A stretch of 32,000 nt of DNA from Escherichia coli (GTDB lineage Bacteria > Pseudomonadota > Gammaproteobacteria > Enterobacterales > Enterobacteriaceae): the NCBI RefSeq assembly GCF_041262755.1, contig NZ_CP158446.1; one strand, given 5' to 3'. The notes under the pieces were generated by a model. The model had not been told where the DNA came from. It searched no databases and saw only the letters and a list, made by a program, of their open reading frames with translations. The position numbers were made by a program, and so were the translations under genes. This document shows positions 30,786 through 32,000 of the stretch, in pieces (within the stretch, counting starts at the first letter, position 1; every line of letters begins with the position of its first letter).

Positions 30786-32000
30786 TCAGCTAATCGTGAT
30801 GCCTGCAGTGGCTTTCTTCATCACAACAACCAGCAAATCGCTGATACTTGCTGTGGGATACCAGCCATTTACCCACCATGCTGATACAGAAAACTCCAGC
30901 GTCATGTGGCCGCGACCAGCAGGCATATCAATAACACCACTGTAAACCAGCGTATTATCCAGCGCGGTACGGTTATAAATTTCAGCACCGTTTTTCCGTA
31001 CTATCAGGCGGCATGACGAATAAATATCGTTATTCTCCCGCTCATGTCTGGCACCGCTGAATGCCACCGCCGGAATAACAATTTGCCGGTCAAACGGCTG
31101 ATCGTCATAAACCCTGACGGTAATGGTCCCTGATGGCCACCTCTCCGGTGCACGGGAGTCACGGGGGAAAGCCTTACCCACTGTTTTAACGAGATCGCCT
31201 TCAATCTGGTTTGCAGACAGTTTCCCTCTGATGACACAGTTCTCGTTAATGGTGACATTATTGAGCGTGCCGGTATTCGCCGTGATGGCTCCACTGATAT
31301 CCGCATTGCGGGCTGCCAGCCTGCCATCCGGCGTCAGGGAAAACGTAGGAGGATTGCCGGATGACGTGATGCTCACCGCAAACAGTCGCTTCAGGAACAC
31401 GTCGTTCATGAACAGCTGATTCCCCTGCGCCACAAACAGCGGCGTGGTGTTGCCATTCTCCGGGGTAATCATCGCGATACGGTCAGCCTGCAGCAGAATA
31501 CTGCTCAGCGTCTGACCATCAACATCCTCAATCCCCGCACCAATCCCGGCCACATAGGGAATACCGTTTTTTGTTTTCTGCACCTTCAGCATATACATGG
31601 CATTCAGCTCATTGCGCGTGTCTGACTGAACCCGCTGGATTTGCTGTATGGTCACGGCCTGGTCACCCAGTTTTTTATCCGTGGTCGAGGTAATTTCACT
31701 CCCTTTTTTATCCACGTACTGGCGGACCTGTGCTATCTGTCGGGCATTTTCTGACTGCCCCTGGCTGACAGTCTGTGAGATTTCACTGCTCACCCGGTCC
31801 ACTTTCTGGCTCACCTGCGCGATGGCCAGTGTCTGGTCCTCATTCTTTTTCGCAACCAGCTGCGTGAGGCTGTTTTCCGCCTCCCCGATTTTCCGGGTCA
31901 CTTCTGCGATATCCGTGTCCATCCGCTGACGGATGTCTTCTTCCAGTTGCGTGACCTCCGTACGCAGCGCTGAAGCATCAATGCGCTCTTTCAGTGCCTG
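30786..32000 (-). CDS. Host specificity protein J, C-terminal part (runs off window)
   Basis: Frame is open to 32000 ([44 protein letters not shown]...), typical lambdoid J central/C-terminal region. Confidence 0.9.
   Translation of the reverse strand, partial: QALKERIDASALRTEVTQLEEDIRQRMDTDIAEVTRKIGEAENSLTQLVAKKNEDQTLAIAQVSQKVDRVSSEISQTVSQGQSENARQIAQVRQYVDKKGSEITSTTDKKLGDQAVTIQQIQRVQSDTRNELNAMYMLKVQKTKNGIPYVAGIGAGIEDVDGQTLSSILLQADRIAMITPENGNTTPLFVAQGNQLFMNDVFLKRLFAVSITSSGNPPTFSLTPDGRLAARNADISGAITANTGTLNNVTINENCVIRGKLSANQIEGDLVKTVGKAFPRDSRAPERWPSGTITVRVYDDQPFDRQIVIPAVAFSGARHERENNDIYSSCRLIVRKNGAEIYNRTALDNTLVYSGVIDMPAGRGHMTLEFSVSAWWVNGWYPTASISDLLVVVMKKATAGITIS

Larger units (their letters stand above)
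25893..32000. mobile_element. Lambdoid prophage, fiber/tail (right-arm) end; integrase end lies beyond the window
   Basis: Loss of pot operon continuity at the potB end, then tfa remnants, tail fiber, lom, and J C-terminus on the - strand. Confidence 0.88.

Overview
The window is an E. coli chromosome segment, O157:H7-like in gene content and mobile-element layout (inference from memory, not a database hit). It runs from an IS629-type end and a phage-21/e14-type integrase at icd, through icd, rluE, nudJ, mnmA, hflD, purB, phoP and phoQ. A compact ~11.4 kb integrated element follows (about 9752-21213), then roxA, pepT, potA, potB, and the fiber/lom/J end of a lambdoid prophage inserted at the potB-potC boundary. 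The most interesting object is the ~11.4 kb element. It looks like a lambdoid phage satellite or small cryptic prophage: P4-type integrase, AlpA-like protein, D5-type primase/helicase, SSB and a PerC-like regulator. It also carries homologs of only two lambda head proteins (gpE-like major capsid, gpD-like decoration) and a Nu1-like small-terminase DNA-binding protein, with no recognisable portal, protease, large terminase or tail genes. Direct reading shows two lambda-type cosQ+cosN sites in inverted orientation, with cosN starting at 10654 on + and at 11404 on -. They flank the Nu1-like gene, and one has three copies of a new cosB-like repeat (ATGTCCGGTT). There is also an 11-copy GGTAGA/TCTACC array that is a likely replication origin, and putative integrase-arm repeats at both ends. 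The core genes are ordinary.
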